From NCBI RefSeq assembly GCF_000485595.1, contig NW_014577090.1, forward strand, positions 134,978 through 173,623: a stretch of 38,646 nt of DNA. The letters run 5' to 3'. The notes beneath the pieces are model-generated. The model was not told the DNA's origin, did not search any database, and saw only the letters and a program-made list of their open reading frames with translations. This DNA is from Priapulus caudatus (lineage: Eukaryota). Below, in pieces: positions 1 through 12,299 of this stretch. The position numbers were made by a program, and so were the translations under genes. How positions within the stretch are numbered: the first letter of the stretch is position 1; each line of letters starts with the position of its first letter.

Positions 1-36
1 GGGGGGGGTTCGTTTTTCAATGTTGGCAATTGCTCG

Positions 37-449
37 CAGGGGCGTGTACAGGATTTGTACCAGGGTGGGGGTCTAACCGTAACCCAAAGTTGCGAGCACG
101 CGAAGGGAGGGTGGGGGGCCCTCCCCCAGAAATTTTTAAAATTAGACCCCCTCCGATGCGTTTTCTGCGCGAGCAAGGGGGTTCCGGACTCCCTGGACCC
201 CCCAAAACACGCCCTGCTCGGGCGCGAAGCGACCAGGCGAGGGAGCCAAGCGACCAGCGGGAGGGTGTGGAGGGGGTGTTCATTGTTCCCCTCCGCGCAC
301 GATGGAGATTTGCAATTATTACACTAAAATGGAGCGACCTGAGGTGAAATTCTTTCAAAATTTCAAATTATTTTTTTGCTTGTGGGGTGGGGGGGGACGG
401 CTCGGGGGGGGTTGTTCGAACCCCCCGAACCCCCCTGGCTACGGGCCTG
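37..449 (+). mobile_element. GC-rich non-autonomous DNA element (MITE-like, CAGGG-type ends), possibly two nested elements
   Basis: Begins CAGGGGCGTGTACAGGATT at 37 and ends CCTGGCTACGGGCCTG at 449, an imperfect inverted-terminus pattern. 37-205 is homologous to an inverted copy at ~14338-14503. The window start GGGGGGGGTTCG matches the reverse complement of the 3' subterminal GAACCCCCC region, so an outer left end may lie just before the window. Confidence 0.5.
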
Positions 450-489
<40 letters not shown>

Positions 490-653
490 GTAGCGAGACA
501 GTGGGTCAAGCACTTAAGTAAGAGTTAGAGATGTGAAGAACTAAGAGACAGGGGGTAACGCGCGCGCGAGAGAGAGCGAGAGAGGGAGAGAGAGACGAGG
601 ATTTTGACGAGATGACCCCACCAAAATATCTAACTATGATCATGCATATACAT

Positions 654-694
654 CAAGAGTACATAATAGGAGGACCTCCTATTATGTACTCTTG
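654..694. mobile_element. 41-bp palindrome (abutting TIRs); P-superfamily-like footprint or mini-MITE, copy 1
   Basis: CAAGAGTACATAATAGGAGG-A-CCTCCTATTATGTACTCTTG has perfect 20-bp arms. The flanks ATATACAT (646-653) and ATATATAT (695-702) match at 7/8 positions, like a TSD. Confidence 0.6.
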
Positions 695-1286
695 ATATAT
701 ATGTGTATCCCATATATATCCCATATAGCCTAATATATTCACCATAATATTATTATAAACACTAGTGCTTGTCTTGAAAAAAAACCACCACTCAGTGATT
801 GTTTTGAAATCGTAGAGTGGTTTCATAAACATGTGCTCATTTGCATGGTAACTAATAATAATATTATTGTGGTGGTTATTGTTGTATTATTGAAATGAGT
901 GCTGTTCACCAACGCTTCATAGTCGAGTATAGGCTTGCAACAAAACGTATGTTCAGTTTTTGTTCACGATAATATTATGTATAATTATATGTGCGTTTGT
1001 ATATGTGCGTGTGAGTGCGTGTGTTTGCGTGCGTGCGCGTTTATTTATATACATGTGCCGCGCATTCGGCTGTTAGAAAGCAGACGCACATGCAGATAGA
1101 ACGCTTGCCAGCAAGAATGTTTCCTTTCAGTGTAGTTATTCTAGTACGACACGTGTCGCCCGCGCCTCGTGCCGGCCGAAACTAACCGATGCCAGCCAGC
1201 CACGGATAATTCATCGTACTCGGCGAGTGTCACGGGAAGCTGAGAAAGCCGCATCCGCTGATGACAGCGGATGATGCTCAAGCCTA

Positions 1287-1328
<42 letters not shown>

Positions 1329-1342
1329 TTGTTGTTGTTGTT
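1287..1342. repeat. compound (GAT)n(GTT)n microsatellite
   Basis: Directly visible trinucleotide runs. Confidence 0.95.
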
Positions 1343-1903
1343 ACGAGCTTCTCACAACTAGTTACACGATGCCAGCTAGCAGCTATCCGCGCTGGGTTAA
1401 GCAAGGACGCGAGGTCCTGAAACGCATTGACGCGATCCGGGTCCGAATCTGCTCGAACAAGCGCTATAGATGGGATCCGTACGCTGTAATCGGTTTCCGC
1501 GTCAACGCATCGAGCGGGTTTCGCTATGGCACGCAAAAATGCGCCGAAGAAAAAAAAACTAGTAAGAAAGGTCGACACGACGAAGGCGCGCCTGGTTACG
1601 GCATCCAGCAGCGTGAGGATTTATAGTGCCTTCCAGGGTGTATACGTAGAGTTTGATACAATCGCACGCCTTATCTATACGTCGAACGATCGACAGCGCT
1701 CTCGCTTTCTCCGCGTGCTGCCGACGCAAAAGTAAACTAATAGAGCGTGCCCCGGGATGCGGTCACGAAACTCCGCGCTGTTGTTTATGGCAACGAATAA
1801 CACGCCGTTTTTATTACAGGGCTAGAAATGCGTCATCTTATAGTGCAATGTTTTCGAAACTATCTTCACTTAAATGTTGTTTTTTCGAACCAGTTCGAGG
1901 CTT

Positions 1904-1926
1904 AATATATATATATATATATATAT

Positions 1927-1970
<44 letters not shown>

Positions 1971-2038
1971 GAGCAGAAGGAGAGAAGCAGAGAGAGAGAT
2001 GGAGACGAGAGAGTAGAGCGAGAGAGAGAGAGAGCGAG
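1904..2038. repeat. (TA)n followed by (GA)n microsatellite
   Basis: Directly visible. Confidence 0.95.
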
Positions 2039-2389
2039 GACTAGGTTCATAGAGTACGTTTCACGACACAATTGGCGGCCGCGGAACTTTGGTTTCTGTA
2101 TTTTGTTCTGTAAAAGGAAGCGCAAGCCGGCGCGCACACACGACTTTTGTTTTCTTCCCCACAACGACCGCAGCCTCTCTTTCTAGCACCTCCCCTCTCC
2201 TTCTCCGGACACAGCGGCAGCGCGCCAACACACATGACGCGCACACACACAGCCGCCACTTCGCTACCGAGGTCCCCTCCCCACACATAGGCCCGTCACA
2301 ACCCCCCCGGATCACACGCACAAGCCAGCACAGTGCACAGATCTCGGGGCGTGCGGAAAACCGCCGCGCGCGCGAGGTCGCAGCGCGTA

Positions 2390-2578
2390 CATCACACACA
2401 CATACACACATACACACACACCTCGCACACACACATACACACACACACACATGGCACACACACACACACACACACCACACACAGCAACATCACAGACACC
2501 ACACACCCACACACATACACACACACACACACCACCAACACCACCACAGCACACACACACACCACACACACACACACA

Positions 2579-2619
<41 letters not shown>

Positions 2620-2630
2620 ATATATATATC
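2390..2630. repeat. imperfect (CA)n plus (TA)n microsatellite
   Basis: Directly visible. Confidence 0.95.
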
Positions 2631-2714
2631 ATATGTCATGTATCATCGCATTCGGTGATCTTGGTTACAGCAGGGAGAGAATTAATTAATAAAGGCGCCC
2701 GTTCTATATGTCTC

Positions 2715-2900
2715 CGCGCGCCAACGCGCCGCCCGCCGCGCGTATGTCGCTAAGGCGAGCTCGTCCAATCAGATCGCAGCATCGATCCGCCGCTGCGGAG
2801 AGCGCGGCGGGTACAGCAGCGGGATGCTGCGCTTGCAAACATTGAGCGCGATAGCGGTGTGCGGTGGCGGCTCGTATCCGTTACCACAGCGAGATATAAG
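2715..2900 (+). promoter_or_regulatory. possible Pol II promoter region for the downstream GPCR gene
   Basis: GC-box-like CGCCGCCCGCC at ~2726, CCAATCAG at 2765 and TATAAG at 2895 lie in a CpG-rich non-repetitive stretch upstream of the 4523 acceptor. The evidence is motifs only. Confidence 0.25.
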
Positions 2901-3220
2901 CGCTACCGCCGTGCGATCGAAAGAGAAAGGGCAAAGACAGCTGGGAGGCAGCGCACACGTAGTACGTTAAAAGGTGGTGGTTCGTCTCGTTCGTTGCGTT
3001 TTGAAAGGGTTTCTGCCCCGCGGGAGCGGGTTCGTGTGATAGTGCCCGCCATGCACGAGCCGGGATCCCGTGCTGTTAAGTCGGCCAGTCGTCCAGCTGT
3101 GTGGGCAACGCGTGCGTGTAGTTTGTTGTACGCGACAAAGTTGCTGGTGTTACAAGCTACGGCTAAGTTACGCTTACCTAGATTGACATCGCATGATTTC
3201 TAGCCTCTGCTTCGCGGCGC

Positions 3221-3740
3221 TTTCTCTCTCATCTTCTCTCCTTCGCTCATCTTTCTCTCCCCCTCTCTCTCTCCTCTCCTCATTTCTTATTCTGGTTTCT
3301 CTCTCGGTTCTGCTTTCCCGCTTTCTCTACTTTGCGTCGGTCGCATCTTCTTTCTCTTTCTACTTTCTGTCTTTCTCTCCCCTCATCGTCTCTCTGCTTT
3401 CTCTTTCTCATCCCTTCTGCGTCTCTCTCTCCTCTCTTTCTCTCTCTCTCTCTTTCAGCTCTCATCTTTCTATCTCTCTTCCTGTCTGTCTGTGTCTCTG
3501 TCCCTGGCCGGTCTGTCTGTCTGTCTTCATGTTCGTCCGTCCGTCCTCTCCTTTTCTCTCTATTCACCCTCTTTTCTGTCTCTGTTTCTCTGTCCTCTCC
3601 TCTTGTCTCTCTCCTATCTCTCTCTCTAGCTCTCTCTTCTCTTCACTCTCTCTTCTCATCTCTTCTCATACCTATCTCGGTCTCTCTCTCTCTCTCTCTC
3701 TCTCTCCTGCTCGCTCTCGTCTACTCTCCCGATCTCTCGC
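3221..3740. repeat. degenerate (CT)n polypyrimidine tract
   Basis: Directly visible. Confidence 0.9.
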
Positions 3741-4462
3741 GCGTGACTTAAATGAAAGTGCAACAGTTACATCGTTGGCTTTTGATATGACGCTCTTAAG
3801 TAACTTTTACACTTTTTTCATACTTTTACACCTTGTGTGAAGGAGAGAGACTAGTGTGAAAGAGTGAAATTCGTGCACAAATCCGCATGGGTATATATCG
3901 CAACTTGCCTTGTATTTGCGGACACGCACTGATAACTTTGGGGCGACATTTATAGGGTTTTACGTGCGTCACGGTGAGATTACGTTTAGGGACAAATCGG
4001 CTCTCGCAAGGCCTATTCGAAGCCGAACGGGAGACAATGCATTAGAACAACCGTCTCGGATGCTGGTTTCGAGTTACCGAGTCATCGCTTGACGAGTTCT
4101 TGCGCGTTTCCGTAAGCGTAGCCCCGTCGTAAGGGGACGCCGAAATTGAAAGGCTGCCATCTCGCTGATTGAACGCGTGACGCGGCGATGCACGGCATCT
4201 GCTTACCTTGCCGCATAAGTAGCATTCATAATCGATGGCGTTACGCATACATATTTAAACTTTACATTACCGCTCCCGGACGAATCCACGAGATTCCGCC
4301 GCTCGACTCCGTCCTAGTTTGACCTTTGCCAGCAGACGACTAGACTAAGTGTTAATGGGAATCATAACACGATAAGGCTTTTCCGCTTGGGAATGAGTGT
4401 TTATGGCCGGCTCCGCGAGGCGGCGTTAGCGTCGCGCACAGCGATGACATAGCAGGTTGACG

Positions 4463-4523
4463 CACTAACGTTTACTCACTTCGCTTTTCTCCGTCTCCCT
4501 CTCTCTCTATCTATCTCTTCCAG
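4463..4523 (+). promoter_or_regulatory. 3' splice site (branch point, polypyrimidine tract, CAG) upstream of the ATG-containing exon
   Basis: Branch point CACTAAC at 4463-4469, a ~40-nt pyrimidine tract, then TTCCAG ending at 4523. Confidence 0.6.
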
Positions 4524-4786
4524 AATCGCAGGATGAGGCGAAAGGCAGTAGCCTGACCGGAAGCTACGCAGCGCACCGTGCCCGGATGTAAACACCGCAG
4601 ACCGGATGCGGCGTCGCTCAGAGCACACAATGACAGCCGACCGCCGTCGTCGTCGCGCAATTTCACTTAACGTCGCGCGGCCGCCGTGATCGCCCGTCGG
4701 TTTTGCTCGCCGTAACGAGACTTTCGGCCGCTGTTTTTCAACGGGGCCGTTTAAAAATAGCTCTAATCTCACGAACGAATGCGCCC

Positions 4787-4844
4787 GCACGCGACGCAGC
4801 ACGCGACGCAGCACGCGACGCAGCAAGCGACGCAGCACGCGGCG
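4787..4844. repeat. 12-bp tandem repeat GCACGCGACGCA, ~4.8 copies
   Basis: Three exact units, one unit with a substitution and one partial unit. Confidence 0.9.
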
Positions 4845-4906
4845 TCTAAAAGCTCCATCTGGCGCGCGTCTCTGTTATTCATGGACGTGCGTTATTCATG
4901 AGCGAA

Positions 4907-4961
4907 GTCATCGTCATCGTCAGCGTCGTCGTCAGCGTCGTCGTCGTCGTCGTCGTCGTCG
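4907..4961. repeat. (GTC)n trinucleotide repeat in the putative 5' UTR
   Basis: Directly visible. Confidence 0.9.
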
Positions 4962-5232
4962 GTGGCCGCAGTAGTTTAGCGACGCAGGAACCGAGTAGAG
5001 CGACGCGATAATAAACGACGTTTTGATTGACTGCAGCGCCCTGGGAAGAGCGACCGACGCTTAAGTTTTATCTCCCTCTCTCTCTGTCTCGCTCACGGCC
5101 GACGCCGCGAGACGTGTCTATGCAAGTAACCACCGCAGCAGCATCGCATGCAGCGACGCGACGTGTGAGTCTATGCTGGCGCCGCAGCGGACGCGTCCGC
5201 CGACTGCTGCTGCACCACCGCAGTCTCCCTAG

Positions 5233-5904
5233 ATGCGGCTGACCGCACGGAAGGTGGTGACCACGCTCACGATGCGTCCCGCCGCAGTGACGTCGCCGCG
5301 GCCGACGACGAGCCGCCACGTTCGCGTCGTCCACGCCGCCACCGCGCTATACGTCGCCTGCCTGCTCAGCGCGCCGACGGTCGCCGACGACGGCGACGTC
5401 GGCGCTAACGCGCTCGTGCGACCTAGCGACGGCTTCCCGGCCGACGCGCCGACGCGGCCGGGGTTCACGCGCACGATGTCGGCGACGACTCTGCGCGATT
5501 TCGACGACGAAGTCGTCGCGCGCTGGACGACCGACGCCGACGTCGGCGCGTTCGCCGTGACGAAACGCGGCGGCGGCGGCGGCGGCGGCGGCAGCGGCGG
5601 CAGCGGCAGCGAGACGGCGTTTAACCGCATCGGACGCGTCGGCGACGACGCGGCGTCGGCGACTGCGCCCAGCATCATCGACGCTGCCGGCCACGCCGTC
5701 TACACAAACACGACGTCGTCGTGGAGCGACGCGCACCGCGGCGGCAAGGCCGTGCTCTATATCGGCGGCTTGTTCGAGCTGTCGCACACTCACGGCGACG
5801 CCGGACAGGCGGAGCTCGCAGCAGCCGAGCTCGCCATTGATCACGTGAACGCTCAGAACTTCTTGCCCGGATACGTTCTCGACATGTTCACGAACGACAC
5901 GCGG
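5233..5904 (+). CDS. GABA-B-R3: GABA-B (metabotropic GABA type B) receptor subunit-like class C GPCR, first coding exon (GABA-B-R3-like)
   Basis: The ATG follows an in-frame TAG. There is a hydrophobic signal-like segment (VHAATALYVACLLSAPTVA). The 3' part VLYIGGLFELS..G.AELAAAELAIDHVNAQNFLPGYVLDMFTNDTR matches the start of the GABA-B Venus flytrap domain as I recall it (GLFELS, LPGY.L...TNDT in Drosophila GABA-B-R3). Similarity stops exactly at a CGG|GTGAGT donor (5904/5905, phase 0), where the conserved Cys of NDT.C would come next. An alternative start is the ATG at 5272. The subtype assignment is less certain than the family. Confidence 0.88.
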
Positions 5905-6270
5905 GTGAGTAGCGACGCGTTCATGTGCGTACGAACACACGCGCGGCAGGAAGAGGGGGAGGGGGAGGTGAGCGGGAGGAGCCCCGTGGGAGCGATCATA
6001 GAAAGCGGAGTGCGTGCGTAGAAGCGGAGCAGCGCACGTGCGCAAGTAAGGGGAAACGGAAGGAAAGGGGAGGGGTAGGAAAGGAGAAGGCGGAGGGGAA
6101 GGAGAAGGAGAGAGGGGGTGCATGTGGAAGGGAAGACGCGTGCGAGCTTTTGTCAATGACGTCGCGTGCTGATGCGATGCGTGAGCCGCAGGTGCATGTG
6201 CGGGCACGCGTGCATGCTATATATATTCCGACACTATAGATGTTGTCGCTCGCAACGCTGCATCGTGTCT

Positions 6271-6381
6271 AGATCATGATCGTCGACTATCTGGTATGTT
6301 TTATACGATCGTCGGAGATCGATCGTCGCTTGAGATCATGATCGTCGACTATCTGCTGTTTTATACGATCGTCGGAGATCG
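6271..6381. repeat. ~50-bp direct duplication
   Basis: AGATCATGATCGTCGACTATCTG..TGTTTTATACGATCGTCGGAGATCG occurs at 6271 and 6333. Confidence 0.9.
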
Positions 6382-7342
6382 GAAACTGTTGCCGGTCCTT
6401 GCGGCGGGGGAAGAAGGTCATCGGGGTCTACGAACCTTCGGCAGGGTCGGGCAATCTGGAAATGTGTTCGTGCACGCGCGCGTGTGTGTTCGTGCGCGTG
6501 CGTGGGTGTGCGATTGCGCGTGTATGTCTTAGTGTCAGTGTGCGTGTAGCTCGGCATGAGGGCGTACAGACGCGCGTGCATATACGCAGGGCGTTTGCGT
6601 GCGTGGCTGCGTTTATTTCAGATAGCGAAATACTTGCGGGCCAAACGAGTCCCATCGGTACTAGTGGTGTGTATCAGGCACTTAGTGGTGGTTTCAATAA
6701 GTCAGCCTAACGTTGGCATGCGCTGAGCCGTGTAACTCATTCCCCTCGACACAGATCGCTGCTTCAGTCTCACGCGCTGACAGTGATACGGGTGCGCGCG
6801 TGTTAATGTGGCGCTAGCCCAGTTTTACTTTACTCGCGTCGACATGCGATACGGAGGGAGCCGAGAAAATCCCGCGCGCATAAACACAGCGAAAGCTGTC
6901 GGCAGACGCTAGAGAGAGTAAACAACGAGCAGCATCAGCAAGCATCTCTGTGTCTCAGGCCATCTGCAGCAGAGGTTTGCGTATAAATTGCGTTCCTGCG
7001 GTGACACTCGACAACGCTCTAGCGTGCACGCGGAAATTTATTAGCTGTTGTGCGCATGCGCAAACCCATAGTGGATTGTGCTTCAGAGGCCGATCGGTTC
7101 GATGAACACCGAAGTTTTCATTGTTTTTTTTTTAAATATGTATCATGCATTAACTATATTACGTTATACAAATGTATATGTGATGACCCTTTTTGAACGT
7201 TTTTGATGTGGTTCATAAGTGGACGGCATCGCCGCTTGTGAACATGCTAATCACGTTGATTACGCAGACCAGCTCCATTTAATCCGGTCACATATAGGTT
7301 TAAAATCCCCAGTGACGTTTTTAGAATCAACAGGCGATAGCG

Positions 7343-7389
<47 letters not shown>

Positions 7390-8265
7390 NNNNNNNNNNN
7401 NNNNNNNNNNNNNNNNNNNNNNNNNNNNNNNNNNNNNNNNNNNNNNNNNNNNNNNNNNNNNNNNNNNNNNNNNNNNNNNNNNNNNNNNNNNNNNNNNNNN
7501 NNNNNNNNNNNNNNNNNNNNNNNNNNNNNNNNNNNNNNNNNNNNNNNNNNNNNNNNNNNNNNNNNNNNNNNNNNNNNNNNNNNNNNNNNNNNNNNNNNNN
7601 NNNNNNNNNNNNNNNNNNNNNNNNNNNNNNNNNNNNNNNNNNNNNNNNNNNNNNNNNNNNNNNNNNNNNNNNNNNNNNNNNNNNNNNNNNNNNNNNNNNN
7701 NNNNNNNNNNNNNNNNNNNNNNNNNNNNNNNNNNNNNNNNNNNNNNNNNNNNNNNNNNNNNNNNNNNNNNNNNNNNNNNNNNNNNNNNNNNNNNNNNNNN
7801 NNNNNNNNNNNNNNNNNNNNNNNNNNNNNNNNNNNNNNNNNNNNNNNNNNNNNNNNNNNNNNNNNNNNNNNNNNNNNNNNNNNNNNNNNNNNNNNNNNNN
7901 NNNNNNNNNNNNNNNNNNNNNNNNNNNNNNNNNNNNNNNNNNNNNNNNNNNNNNNNNNNNNNNNNNNNNNNNNNNNNNNNNNNNNNNNNNNNNNNNNNNN
8001 NNNNNNNNNNNNNNNNNNNNNNNNNNNNNNNNNNNNNNNNNNNNNNNNNNNNNNNNNNNNNNNNNNNNNNNNNNNNNNNNNNNNNNNNNNNNNNNNNNNN
8101 NNNNNNNNNNNNNNNNNNNNNNNNNNNNNNNNNNNNNNNNNNNNNNNNNNNNNNNNNNNNNNNNNNNNNNNNNNNNNNNNNNNNNNNNNNNNNNNNNNNN
8201 NNNNNNNNNNNNNNNNNNNNNNNNNNNNNNNNNNNNNNNNNNNNNNNNNNNNNNNNNNNNNNNNN
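7390..8265. other. assembly gap (876 N)
   Basis: Run of N following (GA)n. Confidence 1.
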
Positions 8266-10175
8266 TGCGTAAATGATGTGGGCACGTATTATAATCAATG
8301 TCGTTATTGCCTAGAACGTTAACGTTTGTAGTTGTAGACAGTGTCGCACGCGCATGCGCCGATGATGGCCACCACCGACGCCGGTTTATTTATTACAAGA
8401 AGAGAGATGATGTTATTTGTATGTTAGTCTACGTCAAAATCCGATAAGCCTAATCCGATTGATACAATTGCCAACCTAATCTGGTGGCAAATGTCTAATG
8501 TCGGCAATGTCCGTCCGCGTCTCTACTAATGACATTCATGCTGCTAATCATCAAATGATGACGTCACCGCGACCTATACCGCGCCACGCCGTTTTGCTGG
8601 CGGTCTTATATGACTAATTATTTATTCATATCATACCAACGGCTTCTTACTCAAGCGTTGCTGCTCAAAAGAAAGGATTCAACAAAGCTATTTAATATTC
8701 CGTCTGTTCGTGCGTACTCTGCGTGATCAAAGCAGCCATTACCGAGTCGCAAAGCATCGGCTATAGGGCCGAAAGGTACAAAGCAAAGAGTGAAAGAAAA
8801 TTATTGATTTTGATATATTTTCTTTCATTATCATCAGTATGTGTTCGTTAAGAAAATGTTTTTAAATGAAAGGAAAAGTAAAGTAAAGACAAGCCGTGCA
8901 CGCTGAGACAACTGAATTATTGTTAGAAGCGATCGCAGTGACAGATATAGTGTACTTACGACGCATAGTGCAGTATTGAGTGGCGCGCTTAGCTACTTCC
9001 ACACGGTCTAACAATTTCGTTTTCTCCTTTCTCGTGTCGTGGCATCGCAACTAAGATCTGGCGTAAAAGCTATAACAATTTAAGACGGAAGCAAGAAGCT
9101 ACAATTATCGCTAACGTCCGAGTAAGATAGCGGGCGTGTGTAAATCCATCGTTGATTTACGGTTAGATTTACATGCGTCTGTAAAAACGCGCTTCGCCGA
9201 GACGGAATTTCGGAGAATGTGTGACGAATGCTATGAATATGTAGAATTTTCTCATTTGATTCCTGCCTGCTAGTAAAGACGTAGAGTCCTGTCACCGTTC
9301 TTGCATTGAAACGCGCATTCGCAGCATTCGTGGAGCTTAGGTTTACTATATTGACCCGCTATTAATGCATGGCCTCCCGCCAACGGCAAAAATCTAACGC
9401 GCGTCGCCGTGTTTGCCTCTAGTATACGTAAATATGTCATTTCTGTCAACGATGTCTCTTTATGGCGTGCGGTAACATAACGCCAAAGAATCAACATCGC
9501 AAACTACATCTGAAGTAACGCGCACGTGCACGCACGTGCACGCACGCACGCATGCACGCACGCACGTATGGAGGTATACGCACGCAGCATGCACGCAAGT
9601 GCGCGCTTATGGACGCATACACACACGCACGCGCGCGCGCAAATACGTATGTAAGCATGGACGCACGCACATGTGCGTGTATATACGAATTCGCATAAGC
9701 GTTCGCTTGAGTGTAGGCACGCACGAAACCATTTGCGCTGCGACTGAATTCCGGTCCCTCGAAAGAAATCATCAAAGCGTCATTCAAGATTTTTTTCTCC
9801 ATCGATCTAAAATCGGTAGAAAATCACTGCAATAACGATTTCATGCACCCGTTGAAACCAGCGTTGAGAATCTGTGAACTTTAGAATCTGCCTGGCATTG
9901 GGCACTGATTATTGCCGTTTTTTATATATTTCGCGCATTCCTCGTAAATGTAGCTGTGGGGCGGATAAAAACTCTCCCGGGTTATGCTCATTAACGAAGG
10001 CATAAAACCCACAGAATCACCGTAAATGCCGACGCGATGACCGGTAGTGCCTGCACCATCATCGATAACTCATCGTCGTTCGATGTCCGTATACAAACGC
10101 GCGCAAGACGCGCGCGCATGCATACGCACGCACGTACGCCCACGCACACGCGCGCACACGCCTATATATATGTGC

Positions 10176-11092
10176 NNNNNNNNNNNNNNNNNNNNNNNNN
10201 NNNNNNNNNNNNNNNNNNNNNNNNNNNNNNNNNNNNNNNNNNNNNNNNNNNNNNNNNNNNNNNNNNNNNNNNNNNNNNNNNNNNNNNNNNNNNNNNNNNN
10301 NNNNNNNNNNNNNNNNNNNNNNNNNNNNNNNNNNNNNNNNNNNNNNNNNNNNNNNNNNNNNNNNNNNNNNNNNNNNNNNNNNNNNNNNNNNNNNNNNNNN
10401 NNNNNNNNNNNNNNNNNNNNNNNNNNNNNNNNNNNNNNNNNNNNNNNNNNNNNNNNNNNNNNNNNNNNNNNNNNNNNNNNNNNNNNNNNNNNNNNNNNNN
10501 NNNNNNNNNNNNNNNNNNNNNNNNNNNNNNNNNNNNNNNNNNNNNNNNNNNNNNNNNNNNNNNNNNNNNNNNNNNNNNNNNNNNNNNNNNNNNNNNNNNN
10601 NNNNNNNNNNNNNNNNNNNNNNNNNNNNNNNNNNNNNNNNNNNNNNNNNNNNNNNNNNNNNNNNNNNNNNNNNNNNNNNNNNNNNNNNNNNNNNNNNNNN
10701 NNNNNNNNNNNNNNNNNNNNNNNNNNNNNNNNNNNNNNNNNNNNNNNNNNNNNNNNNNNNNNNNNNNNNNNNNNNNNNNNNNNNNNNNNNNNNNNNNNNN
10801 NNNNNNNNNNNNNNNNNNNNNNNNNNNNNNNNNNNNNNNNNNNNNNNNNNNNNNNNNNNNNNNNNNNNNNNNNNNNNNNNNNNNNNNNNNNNNNNNNNNN
10901 NNNNNNNNNNNNNNNNNNNNNNNNNNNNNNNNNNNNNNNNNNNNNNNNNNNNNNNNNNNNNNNNNNNNNNNNNNNNNNNNNNNNNNNNNNNNNNNNNNNN
11001 NNNNNNNNNNNNNNNNNNNNNNNNNNNNNNNNNNNNNNNNNNNNNNNNNNNNNNNNNNNNNNNNNNNNNNNNNNNNNNNNNNNNNNNNNNNN
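10176..11092. other. assembly gap (917 N)
   Basis: Run of N flanked by microsatellites. Confidence 1.
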
Positions 11093-11148
<56 letters not shown>

Positions 11149-11464
11149 CTTCTCCCTTTTCGCCGTCTGACTGACTGCTTGTCTGCCTGGCCGTCCATTC
11201 GGTAGTCCGCTCGTCCGTCTGCGTGTTTGTCTATCTGTCTAACAGCCAGTGCACTATGCAGGCACACTGCAGATTTCTACTGACGTGACAGGACGTCGAC
11301 GTCGCTACGGTCACATCGGAATTTACGTCGTCGCCGACAGTCAGGGCCGAGTGTGCTGCGCCGCTCCCGAGACGGAAACCCCCCATTTCTATAGGTTTTC
11401 GGTCGCAGAGCTGTCGCCGTGGAGTTACCGACCCCGTGCTATTATCGGTTATTATCGGTTTCGT

Positions 11465-11500
11465 TGACGTCACGCAAAATGACGTCACACGTCGACGTCA
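11465..11500. promoter_or_regulatory. cluster of CRE-like sites
   Basis: TGACGTCA at 11465 and 11480, and CGACGTCA at 11493. Confidence 0.3.
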
Positions 11501-12299
11501 CGTTCAGCTAAAGGTCGCGGGCTCAGCTGCAAGCATGCGGTCTCCGGTCCGATCGATCCGAAACCGTCCCGATCCGGTAGAGATTATTCGATGTCATAAC
11601 CTCTCACCCTATATAGGTCGCTCTATAGAGAGAACCCGGACAACTCCTATATGCGCCCAGCGTTATAGCAGCGCCTAGCCTATCATTACTCCCATCTCTG
11701 TCGCTACTTCGTTAGCGTACACGCCAGATATTGGGCGATGATAAGCGCCACCTAGCGGCAATGACGATGCTTGCGCGTGAAAGGATTGTGGTGGTGGTGG
11801 TGGTGGTGGGCGGGCAGCATGGTAATTTGATGGGAGGGGCGCGCGTGTGTGATGCATAAGAAAATCAGAGGGGTTCATGCTCGGACAATGAGGTTGTGAT
11901 CATGAACTATGAATGCTCCGCGTGAAAATGTCTCCGGACGAGAGAGAAATTGGTAATGATGCAATTTCGTCTGTCCGTCGGCAAGGCATTCGACCGAGGC
12001 GCGTTTAGATTTCGTCACGGGGAGCTTTGATAGTGACAAACATAACGCGTAGCGTGGCGTTATAGAGACGTTCTCGAATAGGCACGCGGCTCTCTGATAC
12101 GCACAGTGAATCTATAGAATCTAGAATCAATAAATCGAGGTTATGACGTTATGTTATGAAATGTTTGTCGGTCGGGCTGTGGCTCTATGTGGCGCACCGT
12201 GTTCCTTGTAGAAGCCATGTCACGGTTCTTAATTTCGAATAACGTATCAAATGCAGAATATAACTCACCATGAGTTGCACCATGCATCATGAGCACGCA

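Noticed and set aside
1252..1273. Hairpin CATCCGCTG-ATGA-CAGCGGATG
   Set aside because: A single 9-bp stem with no family or terminal context, expected by chance.
5905..6021. C-terminal part of the 262-aa ORF (VSSDAFMCVR...)
   Set aside because: Read-through into the intron: homology ends at the GTGAGT donor and composition shifts to purine-rich low complexity.
5229..6207. Minus-strand ORFs of 286 aa and 149 aa
   Set aside because: Shadow ORFs of the GC-rich coding exon, with no recognisable domain.
7260..11267. ORFs of 323-402 aa
   Set aside because: They are open only because they cross runs of N.
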